Made by a program: the position numbers and the translations under genes. A stretch of DNA of 64,000 nucleotides from Candidatus Latescibacterota bacterium (GTDB taxonomy: Bacteria > Latescibacterota > UBA2968 > UBA8231). The stretch is taken from contig CBDFJF010000002.1 of assembly GCA_965248265.1 (NCBI GenBank), forward strand, positions 1,408,001 through 1,472,000. Direction: 5' to 3'. Positions 1 through 8,471 of this stretch are shown here, piece after piece (within the stretch, counting starts at the first letter, position 1; each line of letters opens with the position of its first letter). The notes under the pieces were generated by a model. The model was given only the letters and a program-made list of their open reading frames with translations, searched no databases and had not been told where the DNA came from.

Positions 1-2
1 AT

Positions 3-560
3 TGCTATGGTCTCCACCCGAGTGCGCAAATTACCGCCGAGCGCACGCCCGAGCTGTTCGAGGCCACCCGCAAAGCGGTGGAAAAACGAGGGGATGCCGG
101 CACCGGTTGGTCGCTGGCCTGGAAGGTGAACCTGTGGGCCAGGCTTGGCGACGGCGACAGGGCATACTCATTCATCGCGAGGCTTATCACCCCGGTTAAC
201 CCTGCGGTCCCCAGCGCCGGCGTGTACGCGAACCTCTTCGACGCTCATCCACCGTTTCAGATCGATGGCAATTTCGGGGTGTGTGCGGGGATCGCCGAGA
301 TGCTGCTCCAGAGTCACGCGGATTCCCTCGACCTGCTCCCGGCGCTGCCGTCGGCATGGCCCGATGGCGAGGTGACAGGGCTTCGGGCCCGCGGAGGATT
401 CGAAGTCGACATCACCTGGCGTGGCGGCGAGTTGCACCGGGCCAATGTCACTTCTCTGAACGGCAACCGGCTGGCGCTGCGCTACCGCGAGCGGACGGTG
501 GAAGTGGCCTCCAGCCAGGGTTCGCGCCATGAGTTCGATGCGGGACTGCAGGTAGTGTAG
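3..560 (+). CDS. GH95 alpha-L-fucosidase-like glycoside hydrolase, C-terminal part (5' end outside window)
   Basis: Open frame from window start: YGLHP...[61 protein letters not shown] are GH95 hallmarks. Confidence 0.9.
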   Translation, partial: CYGLHPSAQITAERTPELFEATRKAVEKRGDAGTGWSLAWKVNLWARLGDGDRAYSFIARLITPVNPAVPSAGVYANLFDAHPPFQIDGNFGVCAGIAEMLLQSHADSLDLLPALPSAWPDGEVTGLRARGGFEVDITWRGGELHRANVTSLNGNRLALRYRERTVEVASSQGSRHEFDAGLQVV

Positions 561-609
561 CAGCAACGGCGACTGAATCGAGCCTACTTCCGTGACAGGG
601 CACTAGCTC

Positions 610-1710
610 CTACGCTGAGGCGATGGTCAGCTGCTTCATCTTGTCATCATCCAATTCGATTCCCAGCCCCGGACCCTCTGGCGGGTACAGGTGGCTCTCC
701 TCGGCCCGGATGCGCTTCTTGGCGGGCGACGCCGTGTACAGCAGGGGACCAGCCGGATCGGAAGGAAGATCCAGGTTGGGGACCGAAACCCCCAGGTGAA
801 CGGCCCCCGCCGTGCCCACGGTGGAATCCTGGTCGGTCGAAAGCAAGGTCTTGAAACCAGCGGACTCCGCCAGCGCGAACATGCGGCGGACGTAGGTCGG
901 CCCAAACCAGATCCAGGCCAGGTTCAGGACCGTACAGGCGCCTCGTTCAATCGCCTCGTAGCCGTGCTCCAGATTCCATATATGCATGCTCGTCGGCACA
1001 TCCATGCGCTTGACGAACTCAGCGGACACCTTCATGTCGTTGGATGGTTGCTCGAAGTTGTAGGGCTCATGGTGACGCAGCACGTTGGCATAGCGCAACG
1101 GGGTTTCCCAATCCGGAAAATTGCCGATGAGATCGATAGACTTCAGACGTATGCTGTCACCAAACCGGGCTTTCATCTCAGTCAAAAACCGGTTGTCCTT
1201 TTCAGCGTCGCCGGAGATGTAGAAGCGGAAAAGGTGATGTCCCAGATCCACCAGCCGCTGCAGGTAACTGGCATTGCGCTCGAAGCCTTCACTCAAATGC
1301 TCCCCGATGATGGGATAACAGAAGTACACGCTTTCCCGCACCTTGCCGCCCATCAGGGCATAGGCTGGCACACCCTGCATTTTGCCGTTGAGGTCGTAGA
1401 GCGCCAGATCGATGGCAGCCGTCAAGTGCGCGTTGTTGACCGTGCTTTCGAAGTCCTGCGCTCGCATTAATTCATTGATTTCAGTAATACGGGTGGCATC
1501 GCGTCCGATCAGCAGCTCGCTGTAGCGCTTCGTTATCGCGCCCAGGTCATCCGCCTTGCTGTCCGGTGCTTCCCCCAGGCCTACCAGCCCATCATCCACA
1601 TAAAGCTTGATGATGACGTGGCCAGTTGGTGATTCGTCGCTTTTGACGGGGTGCTCCTGGTAATAGCGGGGGGTCAGAATCTGAAACGCTTCGACTTTCG
1701 TGATCTTCAT
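610..1710 (-). CDS. Mandelate racemase/muconate lactonizing enzyme (enolase superfamily) protein
   Basis: MKITKVE start, GLVGLGE, AAIDLALYDL.GK..GVPAY.LMGG, C-terminal PEGPGLGIELD. Confidence 0.9.
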   Translation of the reverse strand: MKITKVEAFQILTPRYYQEHPVKSDESPTGHVIIKLYVDDGLVGLGEAPDSKADDLGAITKRYSELLIGRDATRITEINELMRAQDFESTVNNAHLTAAIDLALYDLNGKMQGVPAYALMGGKVRESVYFCYPIIGEHLSEGFERNASYLQRLVDLGHHLFRFYISGDAEKDNRFLTEMKARFGDSIRLKSIDLIGNFPDWETPLRYANVLRHHEPYNFEQPSNDMKVSAEFVKRMDVPTSMHIWNLEHGYEAIERGACTVLNLAWIWFGPTYVRRMFALAESAGFKTLLSTDQDSTVGTAGAVHLGVSVPNLDLPSDPAGPLLYTASPAKKRIRAEESHLYPPEGPGLGIELDDDKMKQLTIASA

Positions 1711-1761
1711 GAATGATTCCTCGGTGGCTGATTATGTAATTTCATGACCAGACAAGAATTT

Positions 1762-2607
1762 CTACGACCAGACAAAAATCTCTTCATCGTCCGGGGACAT
1801 GCCAACGAAAGCTGCCAGCACGATACGCGGCTGCTCACCCGTCACCGGTGGTACTTCATGGATGTTTTCTGAAAAGAAAAAGTAGAGGTCTCCGGGTTCA
1901 AGCTGAATCTGAATCCGGGGGATGGCGCGCTCGGCGGCGTACTGCTTGAAGGTGCCTGCGGTGATGTATTCCTGCACGTCGGGTGTCCAGGGGCAGTTGT
2001 AGAGGAAAGGCTCTCCGCTTTCGCCCCCCTGCACTGAGTTCTGGAAACACATCACTCCGGCAAACTGATGCTGGAACCTGGATACCTGGAAATCGAACAG
2101 CTTCTGCCGCTTGGCGACGGAATCAAAGTGCGGGCCGTGTCCTTTGCCGGCATGGTAAGTGCGGAAGACGGCCGGTCCGTAGAGGCGTCCATCCGGCTCT
2201 CGGGCGGTCATCACTCGCTTGTCAGGTGCCAGGCGTGACAACATCTCGTAGAGTTTCTTTACCGGATCATCATGCCCCTCGAACAAGGTGCTGAAGAGTT
2301 CATGCGTGTCGGCGGCGTCAGCGAAGAATTTTTCGGGGTCAGCACTGCCTACGGAGAAATGGGGGCCGACGTACACCGGTCCGCCGCCATCCGGGGACGG
2401 ACCCGGGTCGTATGCCAGGCCACGGTCGAAGAGCCGGTTGACGAGGGCCACACAGTCATCGGGATTGAAGGCTTTTCGCAGGACAATCCCTGGTATTTCT
2501 CCCGCCGCCAGCGCATCGAGAGGTCGTTGATACTTCTTCAATATGTCTGTTACACTGCCCTCGGCGGGTGTCCACGCACCGGGTGCTGTCATTCCTGTTG
2601 GACTCAT
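1762..2607 (-). CDS. 2OG-Fe(II) oxygenase-fold protein
   Basis: HFD...H facial-triad pattern (PHFDS; IHEV), LEPGDLYFF, distal R. Confidence 0.7.
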   Translation of the reverse strand: MSPTGMTAPGAWTPAEGSVTDILKKYQRPLDALAAGEIPGIVLRKAFNPDDCVALVNRLFDRGLAYDPGPSPDGGGPVYVGPHFSVGSADPEKFFADAADTHELFSTLFEGHDDPVKKLYEMLSRLAPDKRVMTAREPDGRLYGPAVFRTYHAGKGHGPHFDSVAKRQKLFDFQVSRFQHQFAGVMCFQNSVQGGESGEPFLYNCPWTPDVQEYITAGTFKQYAAERAIPRIQIQLEPGDLYFFFSENIHEVPPVTGEQPRIVLAAFVGMSPDDEEIFVWS

Positions 2608-2713
2608 ACCACGCTCGTGGGTGTCATTCGACCAGGGACTCGCGAAACCCGATAATAACCCCCTGAAAGGTCTGGCCGCAAAAAAAGTATTCTCACTCGA
2701 GGAGCGAGCTCAC

Positions 2714-3649
2714 ATGCCCTGGTTGCAGACGGAAGAAAGCATTGGCTTTTTGGGAATCTACGCCCACCCCCACGATTGCACCCACGCTCTGGGGACGATG
2801 GGCAATCATGTAAAAAAGGGAGATACAGCCACCGTGGCGATCATGACCGACGGGGGCGCCACCCACAACGAGCGCCTCTGGGAGGAGCTGCACAAGGAGG
2901 AAGGCGAGCGCAACACCGGTGTGACCGAGCAGGACCGGAAGGAGTACGCCGATCAGAAGTACGAGGAGGCGAAGCTCGCCTGTTCCTACTTCGGGGTTAC
3001 CGACGTCCGCTTTCTCGGGTATGCCGACAAGCCGATCATCCGCACGGACGAGATGGTTCAGACGGTGGTGGAACTGATCTGCGACGTTCGCCCCGAAATT
3101 CTGATCACCGAGGTGCCCGCGCTGCACTGGATGGATCGCACCTTCGCCACACCGGACGATCACAGCACGTGCTCCGCCGTGGTCACCGAAGCCCTGTTGA
3201 TCGCCGCGCACCCCCGCCCCGGGGATCAAGGACGGGTTCCCCACAGCACTGGCCGCATTTTCTACATGGCCCCGGGACAGCCCGCAGACCAGGTGGACTA
3301 CTACGTGGACACCTCCGAATGGGAGGAGGAGCGCATCAAGGCGGAGATGTGTTACGCTTCGCAGGGACACACGCCATCCTATGCCCGCGAGCGTGTCATG
3401 CGCACCTGCGGCGGCTACGGTTGGGCGGCAGGGGTCAATCTGGCGGAGAAATTTCTGAAGGGGAACGCCAATGTCAGCTCGTTCCTGCCGATCACCGATC
3501 TCGACCTTCAACGGTCCAGAGGCTCCGGCATCGATCACGCCATCAGCGTCATGGGTGAGGAATACCGGGAGGAGGTGGATCGCACCCTTCGCGCCAAGGC
3601 GACAAGCGAGAGGTTAATCTCTGGCGACGGCAAGTTTCATCCTCCTTGA
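2714..3649 (+). CDS. PIG-L/LmbE family deacetylase-like protein (AHPHD variant)
   Basis: AHPHD, MTDGG, AC..FGV.DVRFL, I.DVRPE.LIT, DDH, YASQ; ATG at 2714 preceded by GAGGAG. Confidence 0.8.
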   Translation: MPWLQTEESIGFLGIYAHPHDCTHALGTMGNHVKKGDTATVAIMTDGGATHNERLWEELHKEEGERNTGVTEQDRKEYADQKYEEAKLACSYFGVTDVRFLGYADKPIIRTDEMVQTVVELICDVRPEILITEVPALHWMDRTFATPDDHSTCSAVVTEALLIAAHPRPGDQGRVPHSTGRIFYMAPGQPADQVDYYVDTSEWEEERIKAEMCYASQGHTPSYARERVMRTCGGYGWAAGVNLAEKFLKGNANVSSFLPITDLDLQRSRGSGIDHAISVMGEEYREEVDRTLRAKATSERLISGDGKFHPP

Positions 3650-3758
3650 AAGTCCCACTCGGTGTCACGCGGTCAAGGTTGAGCCTTGAACCGGAAGCGC
3701 GAACTCACGACCTTCGCTGTTCCTGTTTGAAACGGGGCTTTGAGCGGAAGGTCGTGGA

Positions 3759-5360
3759 ATGAAACCACGAAGGCGAAAATTCGGCACCGTTGCCGGTCCA
3801 CATCCGAAGACGGCAGCCGCCGGCATGGAGATGTTGAAGGCTGGAGGCAACGCCGTCGACGCAGCGGTCGCCGCCGCCTTCGCCGAGGGCGTGGTCGAAC
3901 CGCGACATAATGGCGTGGCCGGGTACGGTGGCTGCATGCTCGTCTACCTGGCAGCCAAGCGCAAGGTGGTCTCAATCGACTACAACAGCACGGCCCCGGA
4001 TGCTGCGTCGGCGCGAATGTTCCAAATCGAGAAAACCAACACGCCGGCTGGCTATCGGGTTCCGGGCGGTGCCAACGCCCATGGACCGCTGGCGGTCGGG
4101 GTGCCCGGGGTCGTGGCCGGCCTGTGTCTGGCCCTACGGCGATTCGGCAGCATGCCGCTGGCGGATGTGATGGCGCCGGCTATACGTGCCGCCCGTTACG
4201 GCTTTGTGCCCAACAAAATCACGCGTGGTGGCCTGGTCGAGGAGGCGAAGCGCTGGCGTCGTGATTTTCCGGAGACGGCACGGGTATTTCTCGACAGTAG
4301 AGGACGCGCTCCCCGAGCCGGCGAACGCACGGCCAACAGAGACCTGGCGCGGACGCTGGAGATGATCGCGTCGGAAGGCCCCGGTGTGTTCTACCGCGGC
4401 GCTCTTGGCAAGACGATTGCCGATCACATTCAACAGCTCGGAGGATGCCTGACCATCGGCGATTTGCGCTCCTATCGCGCGCGCGTCCAGTCGCCGTGCG
4501 AAGTTTTGTACCGTGATTGTCAGGTCTACACGCCGCCTGTGGGCGCCGGAGGTTTGACGACGCTTCAGATGCTTCGGCTGATTGAGGGTTACGATGTCGC
4601 CGCCATGTCCATGGTCGAGCGCCTGCATCTGTGTATCGAGGCCATGAAGGTCTGTTGGCCGGAGCGCCTGCGCCGATTTGGCGATGCGGACTTCGTCGAT
4701 TTCGATGACGCGAATGAACTATCGGACGAACTCATCACCCGTCTTGGACGTCGGCTTCAGCGTGGGCTGAAGTCTCCAAAACCCGGGAAGGTTGTTGCAC
4801 ACGAGCCCCTCAGTTGTACCAGTCACATCTCCACTGCCGATAGCGCCGGCAACATGGTTTCACTGACACAGACTCACGGAGGCTCGTTCGGGTCGATGGT
4901 GACGGTGCCGGGCACCGGGCTGCTCCTCGGGCACGGCGTCGGCCGCTTCGATCCGAGGCCGGGATGGGCAAACTCCATAGCGGGGGGAAAACGGCCGCTG
5001 CACAATATGTCGCCGCTCATTGCAACGCGAGATGGGAGGCCATTTGCCTCTTACGGCATACCCGGAGGTCGCACCATCGTCAACAACCAGCTCTCTTTTT
5101 CGATCGGGCTCATCGATCTCGGTAAGAGCGCACAACAAGTATTGAGTGCTCCTCGGATCCATTGCGAGGGGGGCGAGCCCGTGGGCATCGAACGGCGAGC
5201 AGGTAAACGGGTACTGGGTGGCCTGCGCCAACTCGGCCATACACTCGAGCTCGAAAGCGGCATCGGCGGTCCAGGTCACGCGATCGTCCTGGAAGAGGAT
5301 GCCGCCGTGCAATCGGGCGCTACCGACCCGCGATTTGAAGGGAGCGTGAAGGCTTCCTGA
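3759..5360 (+). CDS. ggt: Gamma-glutamyltransferase family protein
   Basis: GGNAVDAAVAAA, GVPGVVAG, autocleavage CTSHIS.AD..GN.VSLT, GGKRPLHNMSP, GATDPR. Confidence 0.9.
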   Translation: MKPRRRKFGTVAGPHPKTAAAGMEMLKAGGNAVDAAVAAAFAEGVVEPRHNGVAGYGGCMLVYLAAKRKVVSIDYNSTAPDAASARMFQIEKTNTPAGYRVPGGANAHGPLAVGVPGVVAGLCLALRRFGSMPLADVMAPAIRAARYGFVPNKITRGGLVEEAKRWRRDFPETARVFLDSRGRAPRAGERTANRDLARTLEMIASEGPGVFYRGALGKTIADHIQQLGGCLTIGDLRSYRARVQSPCEVLYRDCQVYTPPVGAGGLTTLQMLRLIEGYDVAAMSMVERLHLCIEAMKVCWPERLRRFGDADFVDFDDANELSDELITRLGRRLQRGLKSPKPGKVVAHEPLSCTSHISTADSAGNMVSLTQTHGGSFGSMVTVPGTGLLLGHGVGRFDPRPGWANSIAGGKRPLHNMSPLIATRDGRPFASYGIPGGRTIVNNQLSFSIGLIDLGKSAQQVLSAPRIHCEGGEPVGIERRAGKRVLGGLRQLGHTLELESGIGGPGHAIVLEEDAAVQSGATDPRFEGSVKAS

Positions 5361-5455
5361 TGCTGACCAAGGAGAAATCAACCACTTCGACACCTTCGGT
5401 TTCCTGGTGCATCGCCAGGCGTTCGACTCCGCGGAGATGACGGCGCTGTCTCATA
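5360..5455 (+). pseudogene. N-terminal remnant of a PhyH-type dioxygenase
   Basis: ATG overlaps the ggt stop; with one frameshift reads MLTKE.INHFDTFGFLVHRQAFDSAEMTAL, a typical PhyH N-terminus, then ends. Confidence 0.6.
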
Positions 5456-5474
5456 ACCATACTGCAGGAGGCGT

Positions 5475-6596
5475 ATGAGTTCGGTTGATATCGAAACACC
5501 GGCGGTACTCATCGACCGCGTCAAGCTGGAGGCGAATCTGCAGGGGATGCAGGAGCTGGCGCAGGAGCATAGCCTGGTCCTGCGTCCCCATGCCAAGACG
5601 CACAAGTCGGTAGAAATCGGACGGCACCAGGTCGAACTCGGGGCCTGTGGTCTGACGGTGGCTACCGTCGACGAGGCACTGGTTTTTGGCAATCATGGTG
5701 TTGCGTCGATTACCATTTCCCGGCCGGTCGTTTCACCGGAGAAGTTCGAGCGGCTGTTCGCAAGTCTTCCGCAGGGGGTCGACCTGAGAGTCGTCGTCGA
5801 TTCCGAACTCGGCGTGGAGGCGATATCGGGGCGAGCTGCTGCGTCTGGTAGAAAGCCTGGTGTTTTCATCAAGGTCGATGTCGGCCTGGGTCGCTGCGGC
5901 GTTGATCCCGAGGGGAGGGCTGCGCTTGAGTTGGCGCAGCTCATCGATGATGATGCCGATCTGGAGTTCAGGGGGATTCTCTCCCACGCCGGCCAGGCCT
6001 ATGCCGCCGGGTCGCCTGATGAGGCTGCCGATATCGCGGAGGCGGAGAGGCTGACGATGCTGGCAGTCCGGGATGGGCTCGTCGACGGAGGGATTTCGGT
6101 ACCGGAGGTCTCCGTCGGCTCGACGCCGACCGTGTTAGCCGCCAAGAGTTTCGAGGGCATCACGGAGATCCGCCCCGGCAACTACGCGTTTTTGGATCTA
6201 CTGCCGATCGGGGTGGGTGTGGTCACTGAAGAGCAGGTTGCACTGACCGTACTGGCAACCATTATCAGCAAGAATTCGCGTTATTTCGTCACCGATGCCG
6301 GCTCGAAGACGCTGACTTCCGACTCAGGAGTCCATGGCATGACCGGCACGCAGGGATTCGGTGCAGCCTATCCAGAGGATAGGTATCTGAGTCCTGATCA
6401 CCGGCTGCGGGTAGAGGGATTGTCCGAGGAGCATGGCAAACTCGCACGCACCGATTTCGATTTGCCAGTCGGATCACGGGTCAGAATCATCTCGAATCAT
6501 TCCTGTCCGGTTGCCAATCTGGCGCAGGAGCTCGTGGTCGTCGAAGGTGATTCGATTGCTATGTGGCCGATCGACGCGGCGAAGGGTTCGCGCTAG
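5475..6596 (+). CDS. PLP-dependent fold-III enzyme (D-serine dehydratase/D-threonine aldolase, DSD1-like)
   Basis: LRPHAKTHKS (PLP Lys), RCGV, SHAGQ.Y, GSTPT, EIRPGNY, LSEEHG, NHSCP..NL. Confidence 0.9.
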   Translation: MSSVDIETPAVLIDRVKLEANLQGMQELAQEHSLVLRPHAKTHKSVEIGRHQVELGACGLTVATVDEALVFGNHGVASITISRPVVSPEKFERLFASLPQGVDLRVVVDSELGVEAISGRAAASGRKPGVFIKVDVGLGRCGVDPEGRAALELAQLIDDDADLEFRGILSHAGQAYAAGSPDEAADIAEAERLTMLAVRDGLVDGGISVPEVSVGSTPTVLAAKSFEGITEIRPGNYAFLDLLPIGVGVVTEEQVALTVLATIISKNSRYFVTDAGSKTLTSDSGVHGMTGTQGFGAAYPEDRYLSPDHRLRVEGLSEEHGKLARTDFDLPVGSRVRIISNHSCPVANLAQELVVVEGDSIAMWPIDAAKGSR

Positions 6597-7751
6597 TGCT
6601 CTGTTAAAGAGTGGGCATTGAGTTTTGGACTTTGGCCAGCTTGGCGTTGTCGGTGTTCTTGTTTCGCCACCTCAGGTACTCCTGCATGCGCTGGCCGACT
6701 TCTCGATGATCGTTGGGATCGCTGTTTTTGATGACGAAGTAATGGGCTGCCGTGAGGTGACATTCGAGCCGATTCATCCATGACGCGTTGGTGGCGGTGA
6801 AGACCGGCGAGACCCGGTTTCGTCGGCACCACTGCAAGATCGGCGGTGTCTTGTGCGTCGACAGATTATCCATGACGACATAGATCCGCTTCGCCGTGCG
6901 ATAGCGGAGCCGAATGGCCTTGAGGAAATCGAGTACGACCGACGCGTGTTTCTTGGGTTTGTGATGCATCCACAGGATGTCCTCATGGACGTTATAGGCT
7001 CCAAAGAAATAGCTGACGCCGCCGTGGCGGCTATAGGTTGCCCGATGCCGGACCGGGCGCTTGTGTGGGGCCCAGGAAGCACCGGCATGCGGCTTGATCT
7101 GGACTGGTCCCAGTTCGTCGAAACAGACTACGACCGTGTCTTTCGGCGCCCGCTTGTAGAGTCGGTTGATGCGTTTTTTTTAGAGACAAACTCCGGGTCC
7201 TTTGATTCTTTCCAAGTGCGCGTCCGTTGATAGGTAACCTTATGTTGATCCAGGATTTTTCCGATGGTCACATGCGAAACCTCGGGAATCATCTGCCGTC
7301 CCACCAGGCAGTCGGTCAGCTTGCGCAACGACCACTGGTTGAACGGCTGGCCGAACGCGCGAGGAGGCATCGTGGCAATTTCCACCACCACGGATTCGTC
7401 TTCCGGCGTCAACTTCGAAGGACGCCCCGGACGTGCCCGAGTGCGCAAAACCGTCAATCCCCCTTCGTTGTACTGGCGGATCAACTGGCGAACGTACTCC
7501 TCATGCAGATGCAGTGTATCCGAGATCTCCTGGACGCGCATGCCCTGGGCGCTGAACGAGATCAACTGCCCACGGCGCATCTGCACGGCGTTGCGAGGCC
7601 GTTTCAGCCACCGTCCCAGTTCCTTAGACTCCGCCGCGTTCGGCGAACGAGCATGGAGACACATAGCATCACCCTCCTGAAGGATTCACCATATGTATCC
7701 ATGATACCACGACTTACGACAAAGTACAAGCTCGATTTCTTAACAGAGCAC
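6596..7751 (-). mobile_element. IS630-family insertion sequence
   Basis: Perfect 12-bp terminal IRs GTGCTCTGTTAA (6596-6607) and TTAACAGAGCAC (7740-7751), flanked by TA (CTAG at 6593-6596 and 7751-7754); HTH and DDE ORFs inside. Confidence 0.95.
6604..7664 (-). CDS. IS630 transposase; OrfA (HTH, 7664-7128) joined to DDE OrfB by a predicted -1 frameshift at an A8 tract
   Basis: OrfA GRPSKL/WSLRKL; T8 at 7174-7181 (minus-strand A8C); shifted frame reads VVVCFDELGP...VVMDNLSTHK...ASWMNRLE; stop lies inside the IR. Confidence 0.9.
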
Positions 7752-7754
7752 TAG

Positions 7755-8471
7755 GTGCCTAATTCAATCCAATACACCTTCATCCTCGACCACGGCCAGG
7801 AGAGAACCTTCGAGTTGAAACTGGAGCCGAAGTCGCTGGGACTATTACACGAGGACCGTGAATCGGTGCCGGAATGGGCGGCACTCTCGTGCTGCAAGTG
7901 CCCGAATTGCCCGCTGGACGAAGCCGTCCACCCTCACTGTCCGATCGCGATCAACATCAGCGAGCTTGTGGATTTCTTCAAGGACGAGATGTCGTACGAG
8001 AAGCTGGACGTGCGCGTCAGCACGGATGAACGCAGCTACGTGAAGCACACGACCATGACGGAGGCGGTGAGCTCACTACTGGGGATCTACATGGTCACCA
8101 GTGGTTGTCCGGTGATGGACAAGCTGCGGCCGATGGTGCGATTCCATCTGCCCCTCGCCACGGCCGAGGAGACCACCTTCCGAGCGTTGGCGATGTACCT
8201 GGTGGCGCAGTACTTCCTGGCGCAGCGAGGCGAGGAACCGGACTGGGAGCTGCGCGGCCTGCCCGGTGTCTACAAGGAAGTGCAGATCGTCAACCAGAGT
8301 TTCGCCAATCGTCTTCGCGCAGCCGGAGGCAAGGATGCGAGTCCGAACGCGCTGGTACGGCTAGACACCTTCGCGAGTACGATTCTGATGTCGCTGGATT
8401 TCGATGAGATGGAAAATCTCGAGGCCCTGTTCGAGTCCTATTTCCCGCAGCGGTCTGACGGCGGGTCATGA
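7755..8471 (+). CDS. Conserved Cys-containing hypothetical protein (DUF6901-like)
   Basis: PEWAAL..KCPNCPL....HCP, TSGCP..KLRPMVRFHLP.AT.EET; family name from recall. Confidence 0.65.
   Translation: MPNSIQYTFILDHGQERTFELKLEPKSLGLLHEDRESVPEWAALSCCKCPNCPLDEAVHPHCPIAINISELVDFFKDEMSYEKLDVRVSTDERSYVKHTTMTEAVSSLLGIYMVTSGCPVMDKLRPMVRFHLPLATAEETTFRALAMYLVAQYFLAQRGEEPDWELRGLPGVYKEVQIVNQSFANRLRAAGGKDASPNALVRLDTFASTILMSLDFDEMENLEALFESYFPQRSDGGS

Noticed and set aside
6596-7751. RNA-guided (TnpB/IscB/IS110) element
   Set aside because: Only an IS630 DDE transposase with ordinary terminal IRs; no RuvC nuclease and no long non-coding end
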